Positions 12,055 through 21,063 of a stretch of DNA of 64,000 bases are shown in pieces; the first letter of the stretch is position 1, and every line of letters starts with the position of its first letter. The stretch is from the sequence record OZ195776.1; one strand, written 5' to 3'. Position numbers and translations under genes: made by a program. The notes beneath the pieces are model-generated. The model saw only the letters and a program-made list of their open reading frames with translations. It made no database searches and had not been told where the DNA came from.

Positions 12055-12079
12055 GAGCAAAACCCTAAGGAAAATCAAA

Positions 12080-12673
12080 ATGATTGAATTTATCACAGAG
12101 CGCAAAAGCGGCGACAAGTGGTATCAGGGTAGTCGTGGAGAGGTTGCTCACAACGTTCGTAAGATCGGTGTGAAGAAAGGCGGTGTGAAAGGAGCTATTC
12201 TTTCAAAGTCAGCGAATCTCATTGCCAAGGTGGCAGCTACGGGTACTTTGGGACGCGAGAATCGCAAAATCCAACAAGCGCAAACCAAAATGGAAGCGGC
12301 TGGCGTAAGCGCACTTCGTTATATGAACTACCTGGAAGCATCTATCAAATCTGACCGTCCTCGCGATGAAATTGTGAAGTCTGCGAAGCTATTGAAAGGC
12401 TATATTTCGGACACGAATAAGGCAGTACAAGAAGTTGTACGTCTAATTGACCGTTACCAACGACTTGACAACGAAGAGAAGCGTTCGCGTGGACTTGCTG
12501 GTGCAATCGTAGGTGCCGACGAGTTTTCGAAATACGACTTCCAAGATTTCTACCGAATGATGAACGACATCGAAGATGTTGCATTCAACTTAAACAAAGC
12601 AGCAACCGCTGCAATCACCAACGATTACGAATACGCATTGCGTCAAATGCATGCAGTTAAAGGTATTTTATGA
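12080..12673 (+). CDS. Putative internal head protein
   Basis: N-terminus MIEFITE resembles gp21-cleaved targeting leaders (T4 Alt MELITE); late promoter upstream. Confidence 0.55.
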   Translation: MIEFITERKSGDKWYQGSRGEVAHNVRKIGVKKGGVKGAILSKSANLIAKVAATGTLGRENRKIQQAQTKMEAAGVSALRYMNYLEASIKSDRPRDEIVKSAKLLKGYISDTNKAVQEVVRLIDRYQRLDNEEKRSRGLAGAIVGADEFSKYDFQDFYRMMNDIEDVAFNLNKAATAAITNDYEYALRQMHAVKGIL

Positions 12674-13197
12674 TTGAGTTTATCGCAGAACAGCGTCGTT
12701 TAAAGACGAGAAAAGGAAGCGCGATTAAGCGTTCCAAATGGGGCGTGGGCAAGGATATTGGCGGAAGCTTGTATGTTCACGTGAATTACGTGCCAGCGGA
12801 TTTTCGTAATATGGTAGATGAAGCACGAATGAAGATTTTGATTGAACATCCAACGTTTGATCCAAACATCGTGCGTATCGACTACAAGAAAGGAAGCGTG
12901 GCGTTTTACGACTCGCCGGAATTTGACAACTCAAACGAACCTGCAGCAGGTACGATGATTGTTGTTAAAGATGGTGTAGTTGCAAAACCAAGAGTGGTTA
13001 AACAGATATGGCATCACAAATGGCTATGGGTAGGAGACGACTATCGTGGTTTCAACGCGGAAGAAGCGTTCAAGCGAAGCGAAGAATGGTTGTCCAAGGA
13101 TACCGAGGATAATCCACTACCATTTGCAAAAATTGGCAACCGCCAGACTTGGAAAGACTGGCTGGCTGACAATAGTTTGAAAGAATCTGCTGGTTAG
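12670..13197 (+). CDS. Putative internal head protein with a domain resembling DNA-phosphorothioation-associated proteins
   Basis: Leader MIEFIAE; motifs GKDIGGSLYVH, NIVRI, VAFYDSPEFD, QIWHHKWLWV. Confidence 0.5.
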   Translation: MIEFIAEQRRLKTRKGSAIKRSKWGVGKDIGGSLYVHVNYVPADFRNMVDEARMKILIEHPTFDPNIVRIDYKKGSVAFYDSPEFDNSNEPAAGTMIVVKDGVVAKPRVVKQIWHHKWLWVGDDYRGFNAEEAFKRSEEWLSKDTEDNPLPFAKIGNRQTWKDWLADNSLKESAG

Positions 13198-14297
13198 TAG
13201 TTCTTCAACAATCCTTCAATAATACGGATACGTGCTTCTGCAAGTGCGTGTCCGTATTCCGGACCTGGTTCAACATCCAGCTTAATTCCAAGCGTGTCGG
13301 TCTTGACTCGTTTCGCAAACGCAGTGATCAGAGGTACGCGACAAGCACTTAACGCCATGTCCAACTCATCGTGAGCATTTCCCCACAATCCAATCGAACG
13401 AAGTACGCGGTACCAAGTACCAGAATCAGTACTAACAAACCCATCTGACATTAATTCATCCAAGACAATCGTTTTCTTAGCAACGCTGATGTATTTCTTC
13501 GGCGCATTTAAGAACTGTAACAATTCAACAAATTCCAATGACGCCATAAACACCTGCTTGTGACCACGGTACGTTTTGCTTGCGTGAATTGCATGAATGC
13601 GATCCCACACTCCAAGTTCCGGAATGAATCCGAATTCAGCCAACAGATCGAAGTACACGATTGGGTCATTTGCATCAAGAGCTTTTTCAGTCTCAACCCA
13701 AATACGCTCAGAAGATACTTTGTGCAACATACCATCACGAACCATTTGACGACACAGTTCCTTCGTCTCTGGAGCAACCGTAAATCCGAGATGGTAGTAA
13801 CGAGCTGCAAATCGAGCACAACGCAACACTCGTAACGGATCTTCTGCAAATGCATCTGAAACGTGACGAATCACCTTGTTTTTCAAATCTTTCAGACCTC
13901 CAAATGGGTCGATTAGATTAGTTGAATCATCTGGGAACGTATCGCAGAATCCCAAAGTCCATTCGCTACCTTTTTCAACTGCCATTGCGTTGATTGTAAA
14001 ATCACGACGACGTAGGTCATCTTCAATGGAAACGTTCTGAACATCACACGTGAAGTCACCGTAACCATCACCAATCGAACGTTCTATTCGAGCCAATGCC
14101 CATTCGTTACCATCAGAATCCAACCAAACAGGAAAGTCAGCACCGATAGTTGGACCGAAACGATCTACCATATCGTTAATCGAAGAGCCAGTTACAACAT
14201 AATCGATGTCTTTTGGACGGTAGCTGTAACCACCACCACTTTTCAAAATAGTGTCACGGACAAATCCACCCACTACGTATTCTGCATACTTTATCAT
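13194..14297 (-). CDS. cca: tRNA nucleotidyltransferase (CCA-adding enzyme)
   Basis: VGGFVRD, KDIDYVV, GADFPV, ALAR.ER, EDDLRRRDFTINAMA, DPFGG, EDPLRVLR.ARFAAR. Confidence 0.95.
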   Translation of the reverse strand: MIKYAEYVVGGFVRDTILKSGGGYSYRPKDIDYVVTGSSINDMVDRFGPTIGADFPVWLDSDGNEWALARIERSIGDGYGDFTCDVQNVSIEDDLRRRDFTINAMAVEKGSEWTLGFCDTFPDDSTNLIDPFGGLKDLKNKVIRHVSDAFAEDPLRVLRCARFAARYYHLGFTVAPETKELCRQMVRDGMLHKVSSERIWVETEKALDANDPIVYFDLLAEFGFIPELGVWDRIHAIHASKTYRGHKQVFMASLEFVELLQFLNAPKKYISVAKKTIVLDELMSDGFVSTDSGTWYRVLRSIGLWGNAHDELDMALSACRVPLITAFAKRVKTDTLGIKLDVEPGPEYGHALAEARIRIIEGLLKNY

Positions 14298-14488
14298 TAT
14301 TTCATATCTCCAGGTTTGAAGTTAGCCCAAGATGCGTCATCAGATAGACGTTTAGAGTGAGCGCGTTCATCTTTCAGTTCGCTACGAAGAGTCATCGTTT
14401 CGGCGATTAGTTGTTGCGTGGTTGATTTGGATACAACTCCAAATTGCTCAAGTTCACGAGCTGCTATTTGTTCAATTGTCGCTTTCAT
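14297..14488 (-). CDS. Hypothetical protein (start at MKATIE)
   Basis: GAGGAAA RBS, early promoter just upstream, stop/start overlap with cca. Confidence 0.6.
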   Translation of the reverse strand: MKATIEQIAARELEQFGVVSKSTTQQLIAETMTLRSELKDERAHSKRLSDDASWANFKPGDMK

Positions 14489-14522
14489 GTCGTTTTCCTC
14501 ATAAATACTCTTCAGTTCTTGT

Positions 14523-14551
14523 ATATTACGAGAATTCATTTAAAAGGCAAC
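14523..14551 (-). promoter_or_regulatory. Early promoter GTTGCC-N17-TAATAT driving the cca operon
   Basis: Forward-strand atatta 14523-14528 and ggcaac 14546-14551. Confidence 0.75.
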
Positions 14552-14552
14552 A

Positions 14553-14560
14553 CATAAATA
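14553..14560 (+). promoter_or_regulatory. Late promoter CATAAATA for the fibre gene cluster
   Basis: One mismatch to consensus, 23 nt upstream of ATG 14584. Confidence 0.65.
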
Positions 14561-14583
14561 CTAACAAAAATGAGGGCAAAATT

Positions 14584-14922
14584 ATGGCTTACGAAAAGGT
14601 AGAATTGCCACCTAAATTGTCGCGTCGCACTCACGGGATTAATTTGGCCGACTATGATGAAGGCGTTTACGTCGATCTGCTAGGTAGCCCAAATGGTATG
14701 GATAGCAATTATTTCGCAATACTCGGCGATCAAAACGTATCGATTGAGTTTGCGATGGGTGGATTTTATAACAACCTACCAGGAAAAGTGGATCCATTAC
14801 CAGGTGTTAGCGACTTTCACCAACTAGGTCCAAATGGTCACTACGAGGCACAAGGGCGATTGTTCACAGGTGATATTCGTTTGTGGTTCCGCGGACGTGG
14901 CATCGTTACAATAGTTTATTAA
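14584..14922 (+). CDS. Small putative virion structural protein (start at MAYEKV)
   Basis: GAGG RBS, first gene of the late cluster; the track start at 14422 overlaps opposite-strand gene and promoters. Confidence 0.6.
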   Translation: MAYEKVELPPKLSRRTHGINLADYDEGVYVDLLGSPNGMDSNYFAILGDQNVSIEFAMGGFYNNLPGKVDPLPGVSDFHQLGPNGHYEAQGRLFTGDIRLWFRGRGIVTIVY

Positions 14923-14931
14923 GGAGAAATC

Positions 14932-16746
14932 ATGTCAAGTATTGACTTGCCTGGCAAGCTGATTGACGCAACGGCAGTTGATCCGCACACTCATCCAATA
15001 TCTGATATTATTGGGTTGCAGGCGTATCTCGATAGAATCATCAACTGGCGCGGTGAATACGCCAACGGCATCGTATACGAACGTAACGATTTAGTGAGAG
15101 ACGGCGATTGGTTAATGCTTGCATTGCAAGAAACTACTGACCAACCAGCTCCTGCTAACTCGGAACCAAATTCGTCAATATACGATGGTCGCGAAACATT
15201 CGTTGAATCATCTTTCGATGGTACGGTGGATTCAGGCTACACAATTACATTCGATAAGGATGGTTACGTACGTCGTCTGTTGGTATACGTACCAGAAATT
15301 AAGGCGGGATTGACTCACCGTCTTATTGTTGAAAACATTACCGATCCTAACAACATATCGGTTTCAGACACAACAAACATTGAATTCATTGCAAATAACT
15401 GGGCATCGGTTGAGATTGGCAATAGCCTAATCAAAGCAGGTACCAAGTTCCGGGTTTATCTGAGTTCTCTTAGTCGCACAAGCGAAACTGTATTCAACGG
15501 TCGTTGGATGTTTGAAAGCTCAAGTGATACGGTACTACCAACTGTCGGTAGTGGTGGATGGACTCGCTTCAAACACAACCAGATTCGTATAAGTAAGCGC
15601 GATTTAGACGACCAGGTGTTGGATCCGACGTTTGCTGACATCGTACCAGGAACAACGTTAGACTTTACTCGTTCGAGTAACGTGGAAAATGGATATACGT
15701 ACCTTGTACGTCGTGTGGTTGATAATACATCAGTTGATTACATCGATTTGGATGTAACACTTAGCGATAACCGCGGTACGTTGGCTGATGGTGATATTAC
15801 AGATACAGTAATCAACATCCCTACTGGCGTTGATACTAAATACGTATCAGAAGCAGATTTTCTTTCAAATTATCCACCAACATTCGCAACCGTTGAAGGT
15901 TACCTATCGCTAAACGGCGCGGTTCAACCAGATACAACAAATATTGGTTATGGACTTGAATTTGACTATCAACCAGCTGTTCTTAGCAGCGATTGGACAA
16001 TGGTCGTTCATGCTCATGGTGGTGCTGGTGGAGATGGAAGCGTCATCGATCCAGATGCGTTCTTGCCTCAACTACGTGGTGGAGAAGAACCAGAAGCGTT
16101 TGCTGCTACCCTAGCGTACGATATAGATTCAAGAGTTGTTTACAACAGTCGAGAATACCGAGCGGTTGCTAGTTCATTAGCCGGTCCATGGGTAGAAGCG
16201 AATTGGGTAGAAGTGTCTATCCAGAACAACGAAGAGCGTATTTCGAATCTTGAAAATAGAACAGTAGAGATTGAATACGAGTACACGCAATCCAAAACGC
16301 CATCAGAATACTGGTCAGTTGATACAGCAGGTCTAACACTAGACGAATTCAATCAACCAAATGTTCAAATATTCTTTAACGGTATTAAGCTTCGCAAAGG
16401 CGGACAAGCAATTTGGATTAGTGCAAACGAACTTCGAATCATATATACGTCTATAGAAACCGAAGATTACCTGATAGTAAGAAAGACGCAGACAGCGTCG
16501 GCTGGCTCGATTACAGAAGTTGATATTACACAAGATAAGAATCCAAGCGAAGTTTGGACGATCTCAGGTGTTAACATTGGCAACTCAGTATCGGAGTTTG
16601 CAGACCCTAAAATCCAAGTGTACTACAACGGAGTTAAACTTCGTAAAGGCGCACAAGTTGTTTGGATTAGTGCAACAGAACTACAGCTTAATCATTACAC
16701 CTCTGTTCAATCAGAAGATTACCTAACTATCAGAACAACTGTCTAA
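14932..16746 (+). CDS. Putative fibre/structural protein with CBM-like motifs and duplicated C-terminal domain
   Basis: WRGEYANGIVYERNDLV motif, one CBM5/12-like repeat, two copies of Q(I/V)xxNGxKLRKGxQxxWISAxEL. Confidence 0.65.
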   Translation: MSSIDLPGKLIDATAVDPHTHPISDIIGLQAYLDRIINWRGEYANGIVYERNDLVRDGDWLMLALQETTDQPAPANSEPNSSIYDGRETFVESSFDGTVDSGYTITFDKDGYVRRLLVYVPEIKAGLTHRLIVENITDPNNISVSDTTNIEFIANNWASVEIGNSLIKAGTKFRVYLSSLSRTSETVFNGRWMFESSSDTVLPTVGSGGWTRFKHNQIRISKRDLDDQVLDPTFADIVPGTTLDFTRSSNVENGYTYLVRRVVDNTSVDYIDLDVTLSDNRGTLADGDITDTVINIPTGVDTKYVSEADFLSNYPPTFATVEGYLSLNGAVQPDTTNIGYGLEFDYQPAVLSSDWTMVVHAHGGAGGDGSVIDPDAFLPQLRGGEEPEAFAATLAYDIDSRVVYNSREYRAVASSLAGPWVEANWVEVSIQNNEERISNLENRTVEIEYEYTQSKTPSEYWSVDTAGLTLDEFNQPNVQIFFNGIKLRKGGQAIWISANELRIIYTSIETEDYLIVRKTQTASAGSITEVDITQDKNPSEVWTISGVNIGNSVSEFADPKIQVYYNGVKLRKGAQVVWISATELQLNHYTSVQSEDYLTIRTTV

Positions 16747-16757
16747 CAGGAGACAAC

Positions 16758-19700
16758 ATGAATCAAGACATGATTAGTCGCTTGAATGTAGGTACAATCT
16801 CAGATGCAGTAGCAGCGAACTTCCGTATTGGGGAGTTCGTTTCTATCGCGGAGACTGGTCTTACATATCAATGTAAAGCGACAAGCGGAGACATCACGCT
16901 TTCAAATGGTCTTTTCCTACTAGCATCCGATCACGTTCTTCGTGGCGGTAGCTCATACGAAGTTTACACCTCAGGTAAAGCGTATTCTGTAGGTGATAAA
17001 GTTTTCAACACAACAACAAACTTATACTACCGTTGTATCGCGGACGCGTCAACATCAGACCCATTCAGTGCGGCGTTCTTCCAAGAAATGTCACTTGAGC
17101 AAGGTTATGAAATTGCAGACGAAGCGACTCAGTACGCGCGTGCTAAAGACGCAGAGTTTGGACAAACTCTACAAGTCATGCAAACTCGTGACAGTCTTAC
17201 TAACGGTGACTTACTAACAACTCGCCAATGTGCCATTATTGCATCGACTCTTGGTCTAGGTGCTTACTTCCGTACTACAAACGGTCGTGTTCTACCGCGC
17301 TTTGGTAACAACGCAACGAACAACTACGGTATCTACGGTGGTGATTTAGCAGATCCAACAACAGATGGCGCGGCGGTTGAGCTAGTGATTCCACGTGTTC
17401 ACTTACACAAGTTCATGCGTTTGAATCTACATAAGATTCAATCTTCAACTGGTGGTGTTAAAAACACTTGGTTGTACTCTGGCGACCCACTTACAGGCGG
17501 TACTGAGGTTCTACCAGAAGCTGGTGTGCGTTCGAGTAGCGACACAAGCCGTCAGGTTACCTATCTAATCGATGACATTTCAAACGATTTACACCTAGTG
17601 ATTCGTAACGAGTGGGTTCAAGACATCAACGTGATGGGTTACATTGCAGAGACGCCAGACAAAACACGTATGGCAATCGCTATGGGCGAAATCGTTGGTA
17701 TCAGTGGATATGTAAACGGTGACCAGTTCACATCGTGGGATGCGGATGCAATCTTACGCCCACTAGGTGTTGCGGCTTACTTCCGTAAAGACCAAGGTCG
17801 TGTTTTACCTAGCTACTACAATCAGTGGGGCTTGGGCTTTACAGCACCAGAACACGCTGACCCAACAACGGCAGGTCCGGCAGTAGAAATAGTTGTTCCA
17901 AAAGCGATTCTGGATCCAAACAACGAGATTACGATTCTTCGTTCAGCATCAACTGGTACTGGATCTCGTTACGTTCGTGTGTTCTCTGGCGACCCAATTA
18001 GTGGCGGCACTGAAATCACTCCACATTACGGCACTGCGATTCAGTTAACAACCGACTCGGCTGTTGCTTCGTTTCGTGTGGGTTCTGGTAACATCAACTT
18101 GCCAGAAGATATTCATATCGTTATTTCACTACAATACGTGAAAGATATTAGCGTCGGCAATTACCGTGTTCAAGATACTTTTGACACAACTCCGATTGAT
18201 GCAATTCGTGGTTCGGGTGCTTACGCAGATTACCAAGAAACAGGTACGGCGTATACAACAGGCGATAAAGTGTTCGACTCTGCATCGCGTTTGAACTACC
18301 GTGCTCTAGTTGATATTGCCGATCCAGCAGGCGCGTTTGATCCGACAGACTGGCGTGAGCTATCAATCGAATCGTTAGACGAAGCAAGCCCAACGACTCA
18401 AATCGACGCGCTTCGTGGTGATGCTCAGTATCCACAATACCAACCGACTGGTACGGCATACAGCATTGGTGATAAAGTATTCGAACCAGTAACAGGTCGA
18501 AACTATCGCGCAAACCAATTAATCATTCCTCCTGCAGGTGCGTTTAACGCTTCTGAGTGGACAGAGTTATCAGTTCGTGCAATGGATGAGGGATTGACGG
18601 TTGGATTCGCTCGTATCGAAACTCAAATCGATGCGCTTCGTGGTGATACTGAGTACGACGAATACGACGTGAACAGTTCATATACTGTAGATGATAAGGT
18701 TCGATACAACAACAAAAACTTCATATGTATCGTCAATACTCCTGTACCAACAGGCGCGTTTGATCCGAACGACTGGAAAGAACTTTCAATCGAGTCGATT
18801 CATACAGAAATTGATGACAACGTGTTGCAGATTAATGCAGTACGTGGTGCGGGCGTATATGAAACCTACGCAGAGACTGGTACGGCATACAGCATTGGTG
18901 ATAAAGTATTCGAACCGACGTTAAACAAGAACTACAAAGCAAAAGTTGCGATTGCTGACCCAGCGGGTGCGTTTACACCAGCAAGTTGGGAAGAACTTTC
19001 AGTAGAGTTTAACGCAGAACCAACAACTATTCGTGACCGTCTATCTGAACTATCAGGTGACGACCGTCTAGATGCTTCGGCAATCAAGAACATTGTTTCA
19101 CCTTCAAGTGGTGGTTCTGGATTGCATCGTGAAATGCTACGAGTTGCGGCTCGTGATAGTATTACTAACGGTGACTTATTCACAGAAGCACAAATCAACG
19201 AGGTCTTTAGTGGTCTTCCGTTTGAAACAACTGTAGTTACTTCTGGTGCTAACTACGCTATGCCTAACTATTTCAATGATGCTAATGTTATTGGTTTCTA
19301 TACTAACAATGGTTACGCAGACCCTACATTTGGTGGTGCAAATGGTCTGGTTCTAAAGATTGACAAAGAATACTTTGATTCGTCTAAAGAACTTGCAATC
19401 AGCTCAGTAGCTTGGGGTACAACAAACGAACGTTGGATTCGTGCGTATAATGGTGATGCAACAGCAAGCGGCACAGAGCTTGAATTGTCAGTAGGTCTTT
19501 CACAGTACTACGATACATCTACACCAATGACACGTAAATGGGCAATCCCAGATGGTTGTGACGACATTTACATCTACATTGGACAACAAGTAGTATTTGA
19601 CATCCAACTAACAGATGTAACTACAACATCAAGACCTATTCTTGGGAACAACAGTGTAAGTGCAGTAGTTCGTGGACTTGTTGAACAGTACGACTACGCA

Positions 19701-21020
19701 CACACAAGTCAACTAGCGGTAGGTGATGCAGAATTAGTTGCAGGTTCTATCTCGGCAGGTGCTTACTTCCGTACTACAAACGGTCGTTTGATTCCTGTGG
19801 TTTTCAACTCAGGTGGTAGAACAGGTTTCTGGTTAGCTGGTGCAAGTCTTGACCCAACTGGCGACGTGGCTATTCCTGAAATCGTAATCCCTGCAAGTTC
19901 GTTACAGCACAACATGACCATCAAGATGGTGAACACTAACGTTACTTCTGTTGCAGGTCAATCTGTTCAAGTCTACTCTGGAAACCCAACAGGTTCTGGT
20001 GTACGTCTTACTCCTATTGCAGGAACTGAAACGGACGTAGGTTACACTGAATGGAACGTATCATCTACTCCTACCGCAACTGGCGTTGTAGCAGATGACT
20101 TACACTTGTGTTTCATTTCTAAATGTATTCACGACATTGAACTAATCAATCACTCTCTGGATGTTCTACGAACTTCCCATGGTGAAGGTTTCGAAAACGT
20201 ACACGAAGAACTACGTGGCGGTACAGTCCCAAGCGAGTTTAGTTCTACATCATCGTATAGCGCAGGTGATAGAGTTTATCGAGCAACCGATAACAGAGTA
20301 TACGCCGCTAAGGTAGCAATCACAGCAGGTGCGTGGAATGCGTCTCAATGGAATGAATCTTCTATCAATGAGAACGAATCTCGTATTACCGTAGCCGAAA
20401 GCACAGTAGCTAACCACGAAACGGAGATTGACGCTCTACGCGGTGCAAATGCTTACGGCATCTACGACCAAACGGCTAACTACGTAATCGGTGACAGAGT
20501 TTACTACTCTGGTAGAGACTATGAAGCGATTGCTCCAAGTACAGCACAAGCGTTTACTCCTGCTAACTGGTATCAACTGTCAGTACGAAACAACGCTTCG
20601 CCTTACGCAGTACGTGACCGTCTACAACGCCTAACAGGTGACGATAGACTTGACGTGAGTGCTGTTAAAGGTTTAGTTGCGGTTGATAGAGAAGTATCAC
20701 AAACAGCACACGGTTTCGCTTTACTTCAACCAGTTGTTTACAACGGAACACAGTGGATTGTAGCAGACAACTCATCTGCAGACACAACGGCTCAGGCTGT
20801 AGTCACTGAGATTGTTGATGTAAATACATTCAGAGCGCAAGTATCCGGCATTGCAGAAATCCCATCACATGGTCTGACAGTAGGTGACTATTACTGGCTA
20901 GGTGCATCAGGATCGCTAGATATTACACAACCGACAACTGGAATTATCCAAGAAGTGTTACGAGTGTTCGATACCGACCTCATTCACATTAACCTTGGCC
21001 AGGCTTTCCAAGTCGCTTAA
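16758..21020 (+). CDS. Large fibre protein with seven CBM5/12 (chitin-binding)-like repeats and a C-terminal capsid-fibre-base-like domain
   Basis: Repeats Y-x-x-GD(K/R)V-x5-8-Y-x-A...AF-x-P-x-x-W-x-ELS; C-terminal HGF...HGLTVGDYYWL...G.L...P domain. Confidence 0.7.
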   Translation: MNQDMISRLNVGTISDAVAANFRIGEFVSIAETGLTYQCKATSGDITLSNGLFLLASDHVLRGGSSYEVYTSGKAYSVGDKVFNTTTNLYYRCIADASTSDPFSAAFFQEMSLEQGYEIADEATQYARAKDAEFGQTLQVMQTRDSLTNGDLLTTRQCAIIASTLGLGAYFRTTNGRVLPRFGNNATNNYGIYGGDLADPTTDGAAVELVIPRVHLHKFMRLNLHKIQSSTGGVKNTWLYSGDPLTGGTEVLPEAGVRSSSDTSRQVTYLIDDISNDLHLVIRNEWVQDINVMGYIAETPDKTRMAIAMGEIVGISGYVNGDQFTSWDADAILRPLGVAAYFRKDQGRVLPSYYNQWGLGFTAPEHADPTTAGPAVEIVVPKAILDPNNEITILRSASTGTGSRYVRVFSGDPISGGTEITPHYGTAIQLTTDSAVASFRVGSGNINLPEDIHIVISLQYVKDISVGNYRVQDTFDTTPIDAIRGSGAYADYQETGTAYTTGDKVFDSASRLNYRALVDIADPAGAFDPTDWRELSIESLDEASPTTQIDALRGDAQYPQYQPTGTAYSIGDKVFEPVTGRNYRANQLIIPPAGAFNASEWTELSVRAMDEGLTVGFARIETQIDALRGDTEYDEYDVNSSYTVDDKVRYNNKNFICIVNTPVPTGAFDPNDWKELSIESIHTEIDDNVLQINAVRGAGVYETYAETGTAYSIGDKVFEPTLNKNYKAKVAIADPAGAFTPASWEELSVEFNAEPTTIRDRLSELSGDDRLDASAIKNIVSPSSGGSGLHREMLRVAARDSITNGDLFTEAQINEVFSGLPFETTVVTSGANYAMPNYFNDANVIGFYTNNGYADPTFGGANGLVLKIDKEYFDSSKELAISSVAWGTTNERWIRAYNGDATASGTELELSVGLSQYYDTSTPMTRKWAIPDGCDDIYIYIGQQVVFDIQLTDVTTTSRPILGNNSVSAVVRGLVEQYDYAHTSQLAVGDAELVAGSISAGAYFRTTNGRLIPVVFNSGGRTGFWLAGASLDPTGDVAIPEIVIPASSLQHNMTIKMVNTNVTSVAGQSVQVYSGNPTGSGVRLTPIAGTETDVGYTEWNVSSTPTATGVVADDLHLCFISKCIHDIELINHSLDVLRTSHGEGFENVHEELRGGTVPSEFSSTSSYSAGDRVYRATDNRVYAAKVAITAGAWNASQWNESSINENESRITVAESTVANHETEIDALRGANAYGIYDQTANYVIGDRVYYSGRDYEAIAPSTAQAFTPANWYQLSVRNNASPYAVRDRLQRLTGDDRLDVSAVKGLVAVDREVSQTAHGFALLQPVVYNGTQWIVADNSSADTTAQAVVTEIVDVNTFRAQVSGIAEIPSHGLTVGDYYWLGASGSLDITQPTTGIIQEVLRVFDTDLIHINLGQAFQVA

Positions 21021-21063
21021 TATGTACTCCCTGTCTTCGGGCAGGGATTAATAAGGAAACAAG

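Noticed and set aside
14422-14583. Track N-terminal extension of the 14922 ORF
   Set aside because: Overlaps an opposite-strand gene and two promoters; the RBS and late promoter support ATG 14584
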